Under the pieces are notes generated by a model, which was given only the letters and a program-made list of their open reading frames with translations, had not been told where the DNA came from and did no database searches. The translations under genes and the position numbers were made by a program. This document shows, piece by piece, positions 60,457 to 64,000 of a stretch of DNA of 64,000 bases (position 1 is the stretch's first letter; the number at the start of each line of letters is the position of its first letter). Source of the stretch: TPA_inf: Saccharomyces (Eukaryota); contig BK006937.2 in NCBI GenBank assembly GCA_000146045.2, positions 160,001-224,000 on the forward strand. The letters are read 5' to 3'.

Positions 60457-63228
60457 TCAAGGAAGCTCTTTCTCATTTTCTTCTTCATCACTGGAATCAT
60501 TTTCATTAGACAAGGGTAATTTGTTATCCTTCCCATTGAAACCAATCCATCCTTCCTCGTCGTCAGATTCCATGACTACATCGTTCTCTTCGTTCTCTTC
60601 GTTATCTTCATCTGCGTCATCTTTTAATAGAACCTCGTCATCATCAGCCGCGCCATCTTCCATGGACCCATCAGTTGATACCAAAAATCTATAGGTGTAT
60701 TTGTTATCAGTAGTGGTATTGACTACTTCCTTAGCCACTCTAACAATAAATCTTTGTATCGACCTCATAGCCGTCGAGAAGAGATATTTGTGTTCATTTA
60801 TGTAACCACCGCTCGCAGATAATAGAGCTTTGATCCAAATTAGGTTAAACTCAATGTGTTGGGATTCAATGGCAAAATCACCGATGAACTTCAGAATCCT
60901 CGGTAAATATATTGCAGGAATATTACTTGCAACCAAGGGGATTTCCTTAATAGGTATGGCTTCATAGACTTTATTGATCAAATATTCTTCATTTAACCTG
61001 AACGCCATTACTAATGCATTTAAAAACTGCTTTTCTCGTAGCGCCTCTACAGTAGAATGGGGGGTGACGTCCACATCCAGATCAAAGGGATCAAATAATA
61101 TCGTGTCATTGGTGGAATATATCAATAAACCTTCCGTTGAAGCAGCGGCAAATGCATTCGCCGTTGGGGAGAATTGCACCGAAGTAACTCTAACCTCTGG
61201 TCTCATTTTTCTTGTGGACAGGTCGCCACCTCTTTGAGACCCTGGTAAAGAATTATCAATACGATCCTCCAAATCTGAATTTTCGCCTGCATCGTCAATC
61301 AAATCTAATGAACCTGCTTCAGTCATTTTCTTACTGTTTAAAAATTCGAGAGTACCATTCAAAGCCATGTTTCTGGACACAATGAATCTTTTTAACAAGA
61401 CTTCATTTGGAACATCATATAGACAAATGGAGTTATTATTACCACCAGCCACAATAGCCATACCATCAAAACTGTAATGTATTGTAGTAAAAAATTTGGA
61501 TCGTTCAGAATTTTTGGCAGTGAACCTATCTTGATTAAACCTACCAGATATTATATCCTTTCTACAGTCAATGTTGCCCACCTGCTTGGCATCTTCTATG
61601 TTGAAAATGGATATTTGACCCTTTAAGGTAGATACTGCAACTTCTTTACCATCTGGTCTCATTGATAAGGCTAAAACATCGGAATAAACTTCTATAGGTT
61701 CTACTTGTTGGCTTCTACCAAATATGGACCAGATTCTAATTGTTTTATCCCATGATGCAGAAGCTAAGACACTGTTCTCTTGACTAAATGAAAGACACGA
61801 AACAGGGCCTTCATGTCCGGACAAAGCATCTAATAATTGACCAGTTTGCACGGACCAAACATGAATGTCAAAATTGTCCAGGGACCCGGCACAAACCACT
61901 TCACCTGATGGATCCACCGCTAAACAATTGAATTGGATTCTTTCAGTACCAGTGAATGTTCTAAAATTACGATACCTGATTAAGTCCCACGCTCTCACCG
62001 TACCATCTAACGATGATGAGAACATGACCTGACCCCTTTTCGCAAACTGTACAGCAGTAACTGAAGAGGTGTGTTCTTCAAAAGTGGCCAAACAAAACCC
62101 TGATGTAATGTCCCAAACTTTGATTTTCCCATCTTCGGATGCTGTCACTACACGTGAACCATCCGGAGAGTATGCAAGACTATTTGTGGAATCGAAATGG
62201 CCCTGCTGCTTCAAGATATACGATTCCGATTGCCATTCGTAAACTAGTAATTGGCCCAGTTTGCTGGAACCAAACGCCAGCCATTCGCCGGTTTGGTTGA
62301 CGCTAACGGTGTTGACTGGGTTTTGCCCCATAGAAAGCTGTTGAATCAAAGTGAAATCAGGCAAATCGTAAAGACGGAATTCCCCACTAGTAAATCCGAC
62401 AGCTAAAAGCCTTGTTGCTGGATGGAAGGTGACACACTTTACTTTGGCTTGGTTTGCGTAAAAAAAATGTTTCTTTGTGATTCTCCAGCTGTATTTCGAA
62501 ATATCTACTTCTTCTTGCTTGTCGTCGTCTTCACTTTCATTGTCGTCGTCATCGGATGGCCTCTTGGTAAATTCCCAGACAAAGACAGCACCGTCTTTGC
62601 TTACAGTGTAGATTTTTTCCTGATCATGACTGAAGAACGCACCCATAACGTAGTCTCTGTGCCCATTAAATGTTGTCGCCGCAAGGTTCTTTTCCTCTGA
62701 ATCTACGGACCATATTTTTGCGCTTAAGTCTTTGGAAGTCGTAAGGATAAATCTGGAATCTTGTGACCACGTCAAAGACGTTATGTCTTGAAAGTGTCCC
62801 GCATGCACCCTATGGCGGACGAAGGGAGCAAACTGTCTGTCTTTATTAACATCTGGAGTCTTCCAAATCTGTAAAAACCTGCCTGAGGCTAATGCAAAGA
62901 GTCTCCCATCAGGGCTGAACTTCACAGCGGAGCATTTTTCTTTGAAGTTGAAATGGTGAAGCACGTTACGGGCTTTGAAATTGACAAGGATGGCGCGACC
63001 GTCCTCGTCAATAGAAATCAGCAATGTGCCTTGTTTGTTCAGATCAATGGCAGCAATATTTTTGCGATGCTCGTATTCAAACGTGAACGATTTGTTGTTG
63101 ATTAAGTCAAACACGCTGACCCTATTCCCCACCGGTGAGAGTAGTTGCTTGCCATCATCGGAAAAGGTGATGTTACCTTGCCTGTAGACCGTACCTAAAA
63201 GGTTAGAGAACTTGAAATCGGATTTCAT
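60457..63228 (-). CDS. PWP2: WD40-repeat protein, UTP-B subcomplex of the SSU processome (90S pre-ribosome), 923 aa
   Basis: The ORF extends to 63243 (MNRIPMKSDFKF...). The start is placed at MKSDFKFSNLLGTVYRQGN to give 923 aa. There are about 14 WD repeats and a C-terminal acidic tail. Matches YCR057C. Confidence 0.9.
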   Translation of the reverse strand: MKSDFKFSNLLGTVYRQGNITFSDDGKQLLSPVGNRVSVFDLINNKSFTFEYEHRKNIAAIDLNKQGTLLISIDEDGRAILVNFKARNVLHHFNFKEKCSAVKFSPDGRLFALASGRFLQIWKTPDVNKDRQFAPFVRHRVHAGHFQDITSLTWSQDSRFILTTSKDLSAKIWSVDSEEKNLAATTFNGHRDYVMGAFFSHDQEKIYTVSKDGAVFVWEFTKRPSDDDDNESEDDDKQEEVDISKYSWRITKKHFFYANQAKVKCVTFHPATRLLAVGFTSGEFRLYDLPDFTLIQQLSMGQNPVNTVSVNQTGEWLAFGSSKLGQLLVYEWQSESYILKQQGHFDSTNSLAYSPDGSRVVTASEDGKIKVWDITSGFCLATFEEHTSSVTAVQFAKRGQVMFSSSLDGTVRAWDLIRYRNFRTFTGTERIQFNCLAVDPSGEVVCAGSLDNFDIHVWSVQTGQLLDALSGHEGPVSCLSFSQENSVLASASWDKTIRIWSIFGRSQQVEPIEVYSDVLALSMRPDGKEVAVSTLKGQISIFNIEDAKQVGNIDCRKDIISGRFNQDRFTAKNSERSKFFTTIHYSFDGMAIVAGGNNNSICLYDVPNEVLLKRFIVSRNMALNGTLEFLNSKKMTEAGSLDLIDDAGENSDLEDRIDNSLPGSQRGGDLSTRKMRPEVRVTSVQFSPTANAFAAASTEGLLIYSTNDTILFDPFDLDVDVTPHSTVEALREKQFLNALVMAFRLNEEYLINKVYEAIPIKEIPLVASNIPAIYLPRILKFIGDFAIESQHIEFNLIWIKALLSASGGYINEHKYLFSTAMRSIQRFIVRVAKEVVNTTTDNKYTYRFLVSTDGSMEDGAADDDEVLLKDDADEDNEENEENDVVMESDDEEGWIGFNGKDNKLPLSNENDSSDEEENEKELP

Positions 63229-63453
63229 TGGGATGCGGTTCAATCTGCGGTCTGCTCTCCTGTCTACCTGTTGAAAACGATACTATTATTACTATTATTG
63301 ATATTATACTAGTTATTGTACATACCTAGAACTATACTCGAAACTTTTTTTTTTTTCATCTTTCAGCTCATCGCAAAATTTTTCCAAAAAATTTCAAAAA
63401 GAACTCCCGTCGCATGTGATCAAGGTTACAGGTGCTTGACATAATCATAATGA

Positions 63454-64000
63454 TTACGAGTCGAAGCCGGCCCTGACAACAGCTTCTCTTGCCGTAGAAT
63501 TGATGTGTTTAAACCGGTCGGGACCTATGTGGGCACCGCCGAACCAACGGGCCACCACAACGATGACGTTCCACACATCCATGATGGTGATGAGGTGCAG
63601 CATTCTGGAGCCGGCGGCCGTTTCACCGTCATCATCGGAATCTTGATATGTTGCCGCAGAGCCATCCTGCTTGATTCGCCATGCACTCATGACATGGTTT
63701 GCCTTACGCATCTTGGAGTCGGTCTTCAGTAGGTCTAGCATGGCAAACGCTTGTTCCTCGGAGGTAACATGTGCTGCAAAGGCCATGAAAGTCGAGCCTC
63801 TATCAGTAATGGGGTCCGACGCGGTCCAGCCCTCGAAGGGGTCTGTGGGAATGTCACTCTGCTGGACCGGTTCTGTCTCCTCCTCTGGTTCAACGTACAA
63901 GACACCGTCGAGTTCTGTGAGGAAGTCAAATAGACAGACAGATCCGCGGTGGAAAACAGAGTCCATCACTTCCTGGAACAAATGCTGAAGGTACTTGGTA
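63454..64000 (-). CDS. YIH1: 3' part of the RWD/IMPACT-family regulator of Gcn2 signalling. The ORF continues beyond the right edge of the window.
   Basis: Translation at the window edge reads ...DTKYLQHLFQEVMDSVFHRG..., which continues the IMPACT C-terminal ancient domain (...GGAHIGPDRFKHINSTAREAVVRAGFDS and a stop at 63454). The N-terminal RWD domain lies outside the window. Confidence 0.85.
   Translation of the reverse strand, partial: TKYLQHLFQEVMDSVFHRGSVCLFDFLTELDGVLYVEPEEETEPVQQSDIPTDPFEGWTASDPITDRGSTFMAFAAHVTSEEQAFAMLDLLKTDSKMRKANHVMSAWRIKQDGSAATYQDSDDDGETAAGSRMLHLITIMDVWNVIVVVARWFGGAHIGPDRFKHINSTAREAVVRAGFDS

Overview
This window is Saccharomyces cerevisiae nuclear DNA. I recognise it as the right arm of chromosome III, a contiguous run from the 5' end of YCR023C through the 3' part of YCR059C/YIH1. 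From memory the gene coordinates fit S288C chrIII about 160,001-224,000, but I cannot check that here.

The main content is:
- **Protein-coding genes:** about 35 ordinary nuclear genes, almost all intron-less. They include SLM5, PMP1, NPP1, RHB1, FEN2, SYP1, BPH1, SNT1, ELO2, RRP43, RBK1, PHO87, BUD5, TAF2, PER1, RRT12, IMG1, BUD23, ARE1, RSC6, THR4, CTR86 and PWP2.
- **Spliced genes:** RIM1 (83-nt intron) and RPS14A (7-nt first exon, 307-nt intron).
- **RNA genes:** one tRNA-Gln(UUG) gene, and a C/D-box snoRNA candidate (snR65-like) between SYP1 and RPS14A.
- **Retrotransposon LTR cluster:** a classic hotspot upstream of the tRNA. A Ty3 sigma sits 17 bp from the tRNA 5' end and is itself split by a Ty1/Ty2 delta flanked by a 5-bp TTATA target duplication. 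Two further tandem deltas and LTR debris follow.
- **MAT locus:** present in the MATalpha configuration. It has divergent MATalpha2 and MATalpha1 genes, an a1-alpha2 (hsg) operator in the shared promoter, the HO endonuclease site at the Yalpha/Z1 junction, and W/X/Yalpha/Z1/Z2 blocks that overlap the BUD5 5' end and the TAF2 3' end.
- **Other elements:** AT-rich intergenic regions, one with a perfect ARS consensus match (probable ARS310). Divergent promoters carry long poly(dA:dT) tracts; the BUD23/ARE1 and THR4 upstream regions are known meiotic DSB hotspots.

There are no prokaryotic features (CRISPR, operons, defence islands). I found no evidence for a novel, undescribed system. The most system-like feature is the MAT cassette, which is already well characterised. 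All antisense ORFs in the six-frame track inside long genes look like codon-bias artefacts.
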